NCBI GenBank assembly: GCA_046542505.1
Contig: JBKHBH010000022.1
Coordinates: 1-28,126, forward strand
Source: Thermovirgaceae bacterium
GTDB taxonomy: Bacteria; Synergistota; Synergistia; Synergistales; Thermovirgaceae
Direction of reading: 5' to 3'
Length of the DNA stretch: 28,126 nucleotides
Position 1 is the first letter of the stretch. Each line of letters opens with the position of its first letter. The position numbers were made by a program, and so were the translations under genes. This document shows positions 8,083-16,187 of this stretch, one piece after another. A model generated the notes under the pieces. The model was not told the origin of the DNA, made no database searches, and saw only the letters and a program-made list of their open reading frames with translations.

Positions 8083-9968
8083 GTCGCCCCCTTCGCGGGG
8101 GCGTGGATTGAAACACCTCCCAAGGAAGTAATAAGCTACCCCACCAAAGTCGCCCCCTTCGCGGGGGCGTGGATTGAAACTTCACAAGTGCCTTTAATCG
8201 TTTTTGTTGCCTTAGTCGCCCCCTTCGCGGGGGCGTGGATTGAAACGTCATCTCCATCACAGTCTTAGTGGTATACGGGAGTCGCCCCCTTCGCGGGGGC
8301 GTGGATTGAAACGGTTACTGACAGTATGAGGAGTGATTTGTAATGGGTCGCCCCCTTCGCGGGGGCGTGGATTGAAACACATTGACTACGATGACCCAAA
8401 ATTGTATGAATAGTCGCCCCCTTCGCGGGGGCGTGGATTGAAACATAGAAAACGCTGCACTTGCTACCCCAGAAAGGGCGTCGCCCCCTTCGCGGGGGCG
8501 TGGATTGAAACCCACTTGAAAGCTTGTAATTGACTGTGGACGTAGTCGCCCCCTTCGCGGGGGCGTGGATTGAAACATCCACGTTAAACACATGCAGATA
8601 GCGCAAAATGTCGCCCCCTTCGCGGGGGCGTGGATTGAAACCATGGTCCTGCCGACGTAGTGAAGCTGGAGCCATGTCGCCCCCTTCGCGGGGGCGTGGA
8701 TTGAAACTGATCACTCTTGACGTCGCGTCTGTCTGTGTATGTCGCCCCCTTCGCGGGGGCGTGGATTGAAACACGACGTGCCGGAACAGGAAGCAAAGTC
8801 CCTGGTGTCGCCCCCTTCGCGGGGGCGTGGATTGAAACGCCACGCCGGGCGGGACGTTCGGGGCGCTATTTTGTCGCCCCCTTCGCGGGGGCGTGGATTG
8901 AAACGTCTGATACTTCTGTGTCTCCGCTAGAAGTTGTCGTCGCCCCCTTCGCGGGGGCGTGGATTGAAACCCGTTTAGCCCGACGTCCCAGCCGACATCC
9001 GATCGGTCGCCCCCTTCGCGGGGGCGTGGATTGAAACAGCAAGGATCGCCCATTCCCGAATATCTGATTCTGTCGCCCCCTTCGCGGGGGCGTGGATTGA
9101 AACAAATGTTGATGGTGTCGTTGAAGATACTGACTCTGTCGCCCCCTTCGCGGGGGCGTGGATTGAAACGCGTAGGAAAGGAGCGTCCACTGTTTGCCTT
9201 TTCCGTCGCCCCCTTCGCGGGGGCGTGGATTGAAACCGACACGCTTGCCGCGAGCGTCGCGCCCCAGGTGGTCGCCCCCTTCGCAGGGGCGTGGATTGAA
9301 ACACGGGCATCGTAACTCAAGTCAAGCAAGACTTAGGTCGCCCCCTTCGCGGGGGCGTGGATTGAAACACCGTGTCATTCGTTCCGCCATCCTCTTTCAC
9401 TCCGTCGCCCCCTTCGCGGGGGCGTGGATTGAAACCAAGAAACGGTCAAAGCGAGCAAGCGCCTCATCGGGTCGCCCCCTTCGCGGGGGCGTGGATTGAA
9501 ACATTCAAGGCAGTGGTGCCGGTACTTTCCAGTATGTCGCCCCCTTCGCGGGGGCGTGGATTGAAACCAAGAAACGGTCAAAGCGAGCAAGCGCCTCATC
9601 GGGTCGCCCCCTTCGCGGGGGCGTGGATTGAAACCCCCGAAATTTAATCTCCCTCATTCTGCGCCCTCCGTCGCCCCCTTCGCGGGGGCGTGGATTGAAA
9701 CGAGAAAGGCGCAAAACTTAGCAATGAAGCCCTTGAGTCGCCCCCTTCGCGGGGGCGTGGATTGAAACGAAATATCCGAGCCCTTCTGGGCTGACCCCAG
9801 AGTGTCGCCCCCTTCGCGGGGGCGTGGATTGAAACCTGTTATGACACGCCCAGCACAAGCTCTGCAGGTGTCGCCCCCTTCGCGGGGGCGTGGATTGAAA
9901 CAAAAAGTTTCGGTGGGATTTTCCCTGGTCATGTTTGTCGCCTACTTCACGAGGGCTAAAATTTCCTG
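8083..9968 (+). CRISPR. Type I-C CRISPR array: 28 full repeats (8083-9901), one degenerate terminal repeat (9937-9968), 28 spacers of 33-35 nt
   Basis: Repeat GTCGCCCCCTTCGCGGGGGCGTGGATTGAAAC (32 nt; 7-bp stem CGCCCCC/GGGGGCG; 3' ATTGAAAC), counted by hand; repeat 19 has G15A; spacers 21 and 23 are identical. Confidence 0.99.
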
Positions 9969-9982
9969 CAGGAGGAAAAACC

Positions 9983-10420
9983 ATGATTCGTCCTTTCAGG
10001 AATTCGGACATGGATGAAGTGATCGGGATCTGGATTGAAGCCTCCGAAGAGGTCCATAATTTCGTGAAGCCCGGGTTCTGGCGGTCCAGGGCCGGAGACA
10101 TGCAAGAAAACTACATTCCCGCCTCTGAAACCTATGTGTTCGAGGAATCTGGAAAGATCAAAGGGTTTTTTTGCCTTTACGGGAACACTTTGGCTGCACT
10201 GTTTGTGGACCCTCGTTATCAGGGGCGCGGCATCGGCGGGAAGCTCGTTGAAAAGGCGATGGAACTGAGAGGTGATTTGGGCCTGACCGTCTACAGGGAG
10301 AACAGGCAGGCTGTGAGATTCTATGAAAAGCATGGCTTCAAGGCAGTGTCTTGCAGGGTTGACGAAAATACAGGGCATCGTGAGATCATAATGAAACGCT
10401 CCGCCGGAACGGTGAAGTAA
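9983..10420 (+). CDS. GNAT family N-acetyltransferase (YiaC/YjaB-like)
   Basis: AGGAGG RBS then MIRPF; acetyl-CoA motif LFVDPRYQGRGIGGKL and N..AVRFYEKHGF. Confidence 0.9.
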   Translation: MIRPFRNSDMDEVIGIWIEASEEVHNFVKPGFWRSRAGDMQENYIPASETYVFEESGKIKGFFCLYGNTLAALFVDPRYQGRGIGGKLVEKAMELRGDLGLTVYRENRQAVRFYEKHGFKAVSCRVDENTGHREIIMKRSAGTVK

Positions 10421-10480
10421 TGGAGAGGAGAATGGAACCGGTGCATGGGCCTCAGCCAGTATCAGGAGAGTCAAAGCCTT

Positions 10481-10502
10481 TTTAACCGCACTCTGTTAAA
10501 CT
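10481..10502 (+). promoter_or_regulatory. Putative extended -10 promoter overlapped by a palindrome
   Basis: TG-T-TAAACT (10494-10502) overlapping TTTAAC-N8-GTTAAA (10481-10500), about 40 nt upstream of the reductase start. Confidence 0.4.
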
Positions 10503-10544
10503 GATAGTCAGGATTGTGAGAACTATATCGAGGAGGATGCGAAG

Positions 10545-12470
10545 ATGAAGAATTCGAGTGCGGTCAGAGTGTGTTCTCCCATTACTGTCGGCAACGTCAC
10601 GATCAAGAACAGGTTAGTGGTCGCGCCCATGGTGACGGTTTATTGTGACCAGGACGGCATGGCCACGGAGCGTTTCATCAGGTACCACGAGGAGAAGGCC
10701 AGGGGTGGATGGGGCCTGATTACCGTTGAGGACTATGCCGTAGACCCCATCGGGAGGGGCTTCTGGACGCCGGGGCTCTGGAAGGACGAGCAGATTCCGT
10801 CCCACGCTGAACTGGTGGAGCGGGTACACGCCGCCGGGTCAAGGATTGTGGCCCAGATCTACCATTGCGGCAGACAAACCATGTCCGCCCTCGTGGGCGA
10901 GCAGCCCGTGTCGGCCTCACCGCTGCCGTGCCCGATTCTGGGCGAGGTGCCCAGGCAACTGACGGTGCCCGAGATCAAAAAGATCGTCTCCCAGTTCGGC
11001 GACACGGCCCTGAGGGCGAAAAAGGCCGGCTTTGACGGCGTCCAGGTGCACGGTGCCCACGGGTACCTTATCGCACAGTTCATGTCGAAGTACTCCAACA
11101 AGCGCTGCGACGAGTACGGGGGTGCCCTGGAGAACAGGCTCCGCTTCCCCCTCGAGATTGTGGCGGATATCCGCAAAAAGTGCGGTCCCGATTTCCTGGT
11201 CGACTTCCGGATCTCCGGCGATGAATTCGTGCCCGGTGGCAGGACGATCGAGGAGACCAAGACCATCGCCATGCAGCTCGAGAAGCAGGGTATCGACATG
11301 ATCCACGTTTCGGCAGGAACCTATGAGAGCACCTGGTCCATAATCCCGCCCATGAACATCACAAACGGGTGGATCGCCGACCTCGCGGCAGAGGTCAAAA
11401 AGGTGGTCTGTATCCCGGTGACCACGGTGGGCCGCATCAATGACCCCATGCTGGCCGAAAGCATCCTGGCTTCGGGGAAGGCCGACCTGGTGGCCATGGG
11501 CAGGGCGTCTCTGGCGGATCCCGAGCTTCCGAAAAAGTACTTCGAGGGACGCTACGAGGACATCCGTCCATGCATCGGGTGTCAGCAGGGATGCCTGGAA
11601 GTGCTTTTCAACAACGAACCCATTCGGTGTCTCGTGAACCCCATTTTGGGATTCGAGTACAAGGACGAGCTCAAGAAGGCCGACAAGCCGAAGAAGGTCA
11701 CCGTCGTGGGTGCCGGTCCGGCCGGCTTGGAGGCGGCCCGTGCGGCGGCCCTGGCGGGACATGAAGTCACGCTCTACGAGAAGACGGACTGTTTCGGCGG
11801 CGAGTTCACCACGGCGGCCATCCCTCCGGTAAAGGGGGACCTCATGGGCTATGTTTCCTGGGCGGCGAAGCAGGTGGAGAAGCTCGGCGTGGATATCAGG
11901 ATGAACACGGAGTACACGGCCGAGCTTTGTGAGAAGGAAAAGCCCGACAAGGTGATTATCGCCACCGGGGCTCAGCATTCCAGACCTCCGATTTCCGGGA
12001 TCGACGGATCCAACGTGGTGACCGCCACGGACGTGCTGTGGGGCAGGGCCGCTACCGGACAGAAGGTGGTCGTTGCCGGGGGGGGCATGATCGGCAGCGA
12101 AACGGCGACGTACCTTGCGTCTTTGAACAAGCAGGTGACCATCGTGGAGATGCTTCCCCAGGTGGCCGCCGACGAGGAGTTCACCAGGCGGGTGCTGATG
12201 CTCAAGATGTTCGAGGAAAAGCACATCGACGTCATGACCGACACGAAGATCACCATGATCACCGATACGGGGGTACAGGTTGAAACAGGGCCTGACACCA
12301 CGGAGATCGAAGCCGACACGGTGGTCCTGGCCCTGGGCATGACGCCCGAAAAGGGCCTGGTCGAAGAGCTCAAGGGCAAGGCGGACGTTGTCGTCGTGGG
12401 CGACGCGGTGGACGCACGCAACGCCCTGGAGGCCACCAGGGAAGGTTTCCTGGCGGGCGCCGGAGCCTAG
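10545..12470 (+). CDS. Old Yellow Enzyme-family FMN/4Fe-4S/FAD NAD(P)H-dependent ene-reductase (FadH/BaiCD-like architecture)
   Basis: KNRLVVAPM, GFDGVQVHGAHGYLIAQF, N.R.DEYGG, CIGCQQGC-x11-C Fe-S motif, two Rossmann motifs (VVGAGPAG, VAGGGMIG); GAGGAGG RBS. Confidence 0.92.
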   Translation: MKNSSAVRVCSPITVGNVTIKNRLVVAPMVTVYCDQDGMATERFIRYHEEKARGGWGLITVEDYAVDPIGRGFWTPGLWKDEQIPSHAELVERVHAAGSRIVAQIYHCGRQTMSALVGEQPVSASPLPCPILGEVPRQLTVPEIKKIVSQFGDTALRAKKAGFDGVQVHGAHGYLIAQFMSKYSNKRCDEYGGALENRLRFPLEIVADIRKKCGPDFLVDFRISGDEFVPGGRTIEETKTIAMQLEKQGIDMIHVSAGTYESTWSIIPPMNITNGWIADLAAEVKKVVCIPVTTVGRINDPMLAESILASGKADLVAMGRASLADPELPKKYFEGRYEDIRPCIGCQQGCLEVLFNNEPIRCLVNPILGFEYKDELKKADKPKKVTVVGAGPAGLEAARAAALAGHEVTLYEKTDCFGGEFTTAAIPPVKGDLMGYVSWAAKQVEKLGVDIRMNTEYTAELCEKEKPDKVIIATGAQHSRPPISGIDGSNVVTATDVLWGRAATGQKVVVAGGGMIGSETATYLASLNKQVTIVEMLPQVAADEEFTRRVLMLKMFEEKHIDVMTDTKITMITDTGVQVETGPDTTEIEADTVVLALGMTPEKGLVEELKGKADVVVVGDAVDARNALEATREGFLAGAGA

Positions 12471-12491
12471 GAAACAGGCATGTTTCCTAGG
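12466..12491 (+). terminator. Hairpin at the end of the reductase gene (possible terminator, weak U tract)
   Basis: CCTAGGAAACA-GGCA-TGTTTCCTAGG, perfect 11-bp stem overlapping the stop codon. Confidence 0.55.
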
Positions 12492-12520
12492 GTTCTGAAT
12501 AAAGTCTGAATTTTCTTTCG

Positions 12521-12549
12521 TTGACAGGACGGTACAAGTTGGTTAAGAT
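12521..12549 (+). promoter_or_regulatory. Sigma70-type promoter for the met leader and metNIQ
   Basis: TTGACA (12521-12526), 17 nt, TAAGAT (12544-12549). Confidence 0.8.
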
Positions 12550-12600
12550 ACTCCTCAACTTCGGGGACAAGGGCCCCGACAGGAAAGAGTGGTTGAAGCA

Positions 12601-12690
12601 GTGAAACGGAAGACGGCACCGGCAGCAGTTACCAGCATCATGATGATGTGCATGTGCGGCGGTCCCCCTGGGGTGATCGGCGCAGCTTGA
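12601..12690 (+). CDS. Putative Met/Cys-rich attenuator leader peptide MKRKTAPAAVTSIMMMCMCGGPPGVIGAA (29 aa)
   Basis: GTG...TGA ORF with ATG ATG ATG TGC ATG TGC at 12640-12657, placed between the promoter and a terminator upstream of metN; purine-rich GAAAGAGTGG upstream; alternative in-frame GTG at 12589. Confidence 0.75.
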   Translation: MKRKTAPAAVTSIMMMCMCGGPPGVIGAA

Positions 12691-12714
12691 TGCTGCCGTC
12701 GAAAGACCTTTCAG

Positions 12715-12752
12715 GCCGGGACCTTCATTTTTTGAAGGTCCCGGCTTTTTTT
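12715..12752 (+). terminator. Intrinsic terminator (attenuator) in the metN leader
   Basis: GCCGGGACCTTCA-TTTTT-TGAAGGTCCCGGC 13-bp stem followed by T7, ending 47 nt before the metN start. Confidence 0.88.
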
Positions 12753-12799
12753 ATGCCTTTTTGCCGCCGGGTGCGGCGGATTTTCCGGAGGTGCGGAAC

Positions 12800-13813
12800 A
12801 TGATCGAAATCAGAAACGTTGGAAAGACTTTCAGTTCGGGCGGGAAAGGGCTTGAAGCCCTCAAGGACATTTCCCTCCATATCGAACCGGGAGATATCTT
12901 CGGTATCATCGGCCTCAGCGGTGCGGGGAAATCCACCTTGCTTCGAGCCATCAACAGGCTGGGGGAACCCGATTCGGGACAGATCATCCTGGGCGGAACG
13001 GACGTGACAACCCTCGACTCCGGCGGTCTCCGGGGCCTCAGGAGGAAGGTGGGGATGATCTTCCAGGACTTCAACCTTCTTTCGTCCCGCACTGTCTCGG
13101 GCAACGTGGCCTTCGCTCTCGAAGTGGGCAAATGGGCCAAAAAGGACATATCCCGTCGAGTGGCGGAGATGCTCGAGCTTGTAGGGCTTTCGGACAAGGC
13201 CCAGAACTACCCGTCACAGCTGAGCGGGGGCCAGAAGCAGCGCGTTGGAATCGCCAGGGCCCTGGCCAACAAGCCGTCGGTTTTGCTGAGCGACGAGGCG
13301 ACGAGTGCTCTCGATCCCAAAACCACGCAGTCCATTCTGGCGCTGCTTGAGGACATCAATAAAAAAATGGACATCACTGTCGTTCTGGTGACTCACGAAA
13401 TGGGCGTCATCCGGCAAATCTGCCATAGGGTGGCCGTCCTCGAGGCCGGAAGAGTGGTGGAGCAGGGAAGGGTTCGTGATGTCTTCATGAAGCCCTGGTC
13501 CCGCACGGCAAAAGAACTTCTGAGCCACCTGCCCCGGAGAAGCTACGACGTGGACCGGCTCCCCAGGGAGCCGGGAAAGCCGGTGGTGACTTTTTCCTTC
13601 AACGGTGGCACGGTCGACCGGCCCATCATCTCGAGAGCCATCAAAAAGACCGGGACGGAGATTAATATCCTGTCTGGTGAGATCGACAGTCTACCCGCCT
13701 CACGGGTGGGGAGTCTGACGGTCCAGCTTGCCGGGACCGAAGAGGAGATTGCCGGAGCCCTGTCGTATATGCGTTCTCAAAAGGTGGAAACCGAGGTGAT
13801 CTGGAATGGATAA
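12800..13813 (+). CDS. metN: Methionine ABC transporter ATP-binding protein
   Basis: GIIGLSGAGKS, LSGGQKQRVGIARAL, DEATSALDP, C-terminal NIL-type domain (INILSGEI); ATG 12800 follows GGAGGTG. Confidence 0.93.
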   Translation: MIEIRNVGKTFSSGGKGLEALKDISLHIEPGDIFGIIGLSGAGKSTLLRAINRLGEPDSGQIILGGTDVTTLDSGGLRGLRRKVGMIFQDFNLLSSRTVSGNVAFALEVGKWAKKDISRRVAEMLELVGLSDKAQNYPSQLSGGQKQRVGIARALANKPSVLLSDEATSALDPKTTQSILALLEDINKKMDITVVLVTHEMGVIRQICHRVAVLEAGRVVEQGRVRDVFMKPWSRTAKELLSHLPRRSYDVDRLPREPGKPVVTFSFNGGTVDRPIISRAIKKTGTEINILSGEIDSLPASRVGSLTVQLAGTEEEIAGALSYMRSQKVETEVIWNG

Positions 13814-14462
13814 TCTGGCCGAACTCGCGGGCCTCCTTGCGACCCCGACGTGGGAAACGCTTTATATGGTGTTCTTTTCGACGCTGTTCGCGACACTCAT
13901 GGGATTTCCCCTGGGAATCGTCCTGGTAGTGACCGAAAAGGGCGGAATCCTCGAGAACGAACACCTGTACCGCGTGCTGGACGGGATCGTCAACGTCTTG
14001 CGGTCCTTCCCGTTCATCATCCTGATGATCATCCTCTTTCCCCTCTCCCGGGTCGTGGTGGGTACCACCATCGGGACCACGGCGTCCATCGTCCCCCTGG
14101 CCATCGCCGCCGCGCCCTTCGTGGCGAGGGTGGTGGAGAGCGCCCTCAAGGAGGTCGACCAAGGTCTGGTAGAAGCGGCGGTCTCCATGGGAAGCAGCCC
14201 GAAAGAGATCATCTTCAAGGTCCTGATTCCGGAGGCGCTCCCGCTACTCGTACTTGGAGAGACGCTGACGGTGATCAACATCATCGGCTATTCGGCCATG
14301 GCCGGAGCCATCGGAGGGGGTGGTTTGGGTGATCTTGCCGTTCGTTATGGATTCCACCGCTTCCAGACGGATGTGTTGATCGCGGCCGTTGTCGTGATCA
14401 TTGCGATGGTCCAGGTGATCCAGGGCGCGGGAAACGCTCTCGCGCGCCGGGTCTCGCACTGA
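13806..14462 (+). CDS. metI: Methionine ABC transporter permease
   Basis: TWETLYMV, NVLRSFPFIIL, EAAVSMG, GYSAMAGAIGGGGLGDLA motifs. Confidence 0.95.
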   Translation: MDNLAELAGLLATPTWETLYMVFFSTLFATLMGFPLGIVLVVTEKGGILENEHLYRVLDGIVNVLRSFPFIILMIILFPLSRVVVGTTIGTTASIVPLAIAAAPFVARVVESALKEVDQGLVEAAVSMGSSPKEIIFKVLIPEALPLLVLGETLTVINIIGYSAMAGAIGGGGLGDLAVRYGFHRFQTDVLIAAVVVIIAMVQVIQGAGNALARRVSH

Positions 14463-14487
14463 AAAAAGTCTTTTCCCAAATGGAGGA

Positions 14488-15294
14488 ATGATGAGAATGA
14501 AAAAACTTTCGGTCCTTTCGCTTTTTGTCTTTACCCTTTTTGCAGTTGCAGCAGGTCCCCTTTCGGTATCGGCCGGGGAAGTGCTCAAGATCGGGGCCAC
14601 GCCTGTTCCGCATGCGGAGATCCTCAATTTCATCCAGGACGACGTGGCGGCCGATGGTGTCCAGCTCGAAGTCGTCGAATTCACCGACTACGTGAAACCA
14701 AACCTGGCCCTGAACGACGGCGAGCTTGACGCCAACTACTTCCAGCACCTTCCCTATCTTGAGGATTTCAACACCACCCACGGGACGAAACTCGTTCCCG
14801 TCGGGACAGTTCACGTCGAGCCCCTTGGGCTATACTCCGAAAAGGCGGATTCCGTGGATGATCTCGAAGAGGGGGCGTTGATCGCCATACCAAGCGACAG
14901 CGTCAACGGGGCAAGGGCACTGCTCCTCCTCGAGTCGAAGGGGCTTATCGACGTGGACAATGACGCGGGGCTTGCCGCTACGGAGCGCGACATCACGGGA
15001 AACCCTAAGAAGCTCAAGTTCAAGGGCATCGAGGCCGCCCAGCTTCCCAGGGTGCTTCCAGACGTTGACGGGGCCGTCATCAACGGCAACTACGCCCTCG
15101 AGGCCGGCTTCAACCCTGCAGAGGACGCCATTCTTCTCGAAGACGGCGAGTCCCCCTATACCAACATCCTTGTCGTCAGGGAAGGCGACGGGGAGGACGA
15201 GCAGATCGCCGTGGTGTTGAAACATTTGCAGTCCCGGAAAGTGGCCGATTTTATCCTGTCGGAGTACGAGGGTGGCGTGGTGCCGGCATTCTAG
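14488..15294 (+). CDS. metQ: Methionine ABC transporter substrate-binding protein (MetQ/NlpA family)
   Basis: IGATPVPHAEIL, FTDYVKPN.AL, DANYFQHLPYL, VINGNYAL; signal peptide without lipobox Cys; start may be ATG 14491 or 14497. Confidence 0.93.
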   Translation: MMRMKKLSVLSLFVFTLFAVAAGPLSVSAGEVLKIGATPVPHAEILNFIQDDVAADGVQLEVVEFTDYVKPNLALNDGELDANYFQHLPYLEDFNTTHGTKLVPVGTVHVEPLGLYSEKADSVDDLEEGALIAIPSDSVNGARALLLLESKGLIDVDNDAGLAATERDITGNPKKLKFKGIEAAQLPRVLPDVDGAVINGNYALEAGFNPAEDAILLEDGESPYTNILVVREGDGEDEQIAVVLKHLQSRKVADFILSEYEGGVVPAF

Positions 15295-15423
15295 AAAGAA
15301 GGATCACATTACACTGGCCATCATAAAGGACCGGGTGGAAGGACCCTGTACTTTCCCAGGTCGGAAATATGGGAGGAATTTACCGGGGGTGGTCGGGACA
15401 GGTAGTGAAAGCGCAAATACATC

Positions 15424-15471
15424 AACACAGAAGCGGAGGCTTTCAGGAAGCCTCCGCTTCTGTGTTTTCTT
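15424..15471 (+). terminator. Intrinsic terminator after metNIQ
   Basis: Perfect 19-bp inverted repeat AACACAGAAGCGGAGGCTT/AAGCCTCCGCTTCTGTGTT with a 5-nt loop, followed by TTCTT. Confidence 0.75.
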
Positions 15472-15520
15472 GATATGGCCCGGGCGCTTATAATGGCTGC
15501 GAAGGGAGGAGAGCCTTCGA

Positions 15521-16177
15521 ATGCGACTTTTCAGAAGACGCCCCACAGTGGATTTCAGAAGAAAGTCACCCTGGCCCAGACGGATCCTGTTGCTGTTTCT
15601 TGTAGCCGCTGTCGCCGGGCTGGGCGTGTATCTCGCGAAAACGCAGTTTGGCGCCATTGTTTCCGTTTTGGGAGAAAAGGAGCCTGCGAGGACCGTGACG
15701 GAGAAGGCGAAAATGCCGGAACTTCCACCCGAATACGAAACCAGGGTCCTCCAGGTAGTCAATGACAAGGGTCTCCAGAACGAATACTGGCTCTGGATCG
15801 TGAAGAAGGATTTTACCCTGTCGGCCTTCAGGGGGACGGAAAGAGTCGCCGTGTATGAAATCGCCATCGGCGAAAACCCCGGGGACAAGCAGGAAGTCGG
15901 CGATTGCCGGACACCAGAGGGGATCTTTACCGTGGAAAGCCTGCATGATTCGAGCGCCTGGGTCCATGATTTTGGCGACGGCCCCGTGGAAGGGGCCTAC
16001 GGGCCCTGGTTTATCCGCCTGAAAACGGGATGGAAGGGGATCGGCATCCACGGCACTCATGACCCGTCAACTTTGGGGACGACGACCACCGAGGGCTGCA
16101 TACGGGTGAGAAATGAGCACCTCCTGGAGGTCGTGGAAAACGTGGAAGAAGGCTCTGTCGTAGTGATTGATCCCTAG
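15521..16177 (+). CDS. Membrane-anchored L,D-transpeptidase (YkuD domain)
   Basis: Basic N-terminus plus one TM helix; G.K...GD.RTPEG.F and GIGIHGT-x11-GCIRV catalytic His/Cys motif. Confidence 0.88.
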   Translation: MRLFRRRPTVDFRRKSPWPRRILLLFLVAAVAGLGVYLAKTQFGAIVSVLGEKEPARTVTEKAKMPELPPEYETRVLQVVNDKGLQNEYWLWIVKKDFTLSAFRGTERVAVYEIAIGENPGDKQEVGDCRTPEGIFTVESLHDSSAWVHDFGDGPVEGAYGPWFIRLKTGWKGIGIHGTHDPSTLGTTTTEGCIRVRNEHLLEVVENVEEGSVVVIDP

Positions 16178-16187
16178 CCGTGGGATT

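Noticed and set aside
9902..9936. Spacer 28 shares GTGGGATTTTC with 16180-16190 (possible self-targeting)
   Set aside because: Only 11 nt match, compatible with chance; I saw no full-length protospacer in the window, by eye only
8042..10101. Many ORFs on both strands across the array (e.g. 8265-9329 minus, 354 aa)
   Set aside because: They are translations of CRISPR repeats ([31 protein letters not shown]), not genes
10917..12224. 435-aa antisense ORF, and similar ones opposite hutH, the methyltransferase and the dehydrogenase
   Set aside because: Shadow frames of well-supported genes with GC-biased codons; no recognisable motifs
12550..12760. SAM-I riboswitch or Met T-box upstream of metN
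   Set aside because: Neither the SAM-I core nor the T-box antiterminator consensus (GGTGGNACCGCG) is visible; the leader-peptide model explains the sequence better
15295..15423. Possible SRP RNA or sRNA after metQ (CAGGTCGGAAA)
   Set aside because: The AGCAG half of the SRP motif is missing and only a loose hairpin forms
16048..16100. TEGC instead of SHGC in the L,D-transpeptidase, suggesting inactivity
   Set aside because: The catalytic His (HGT) and Cys are retained, so this is likely ordinary family variation
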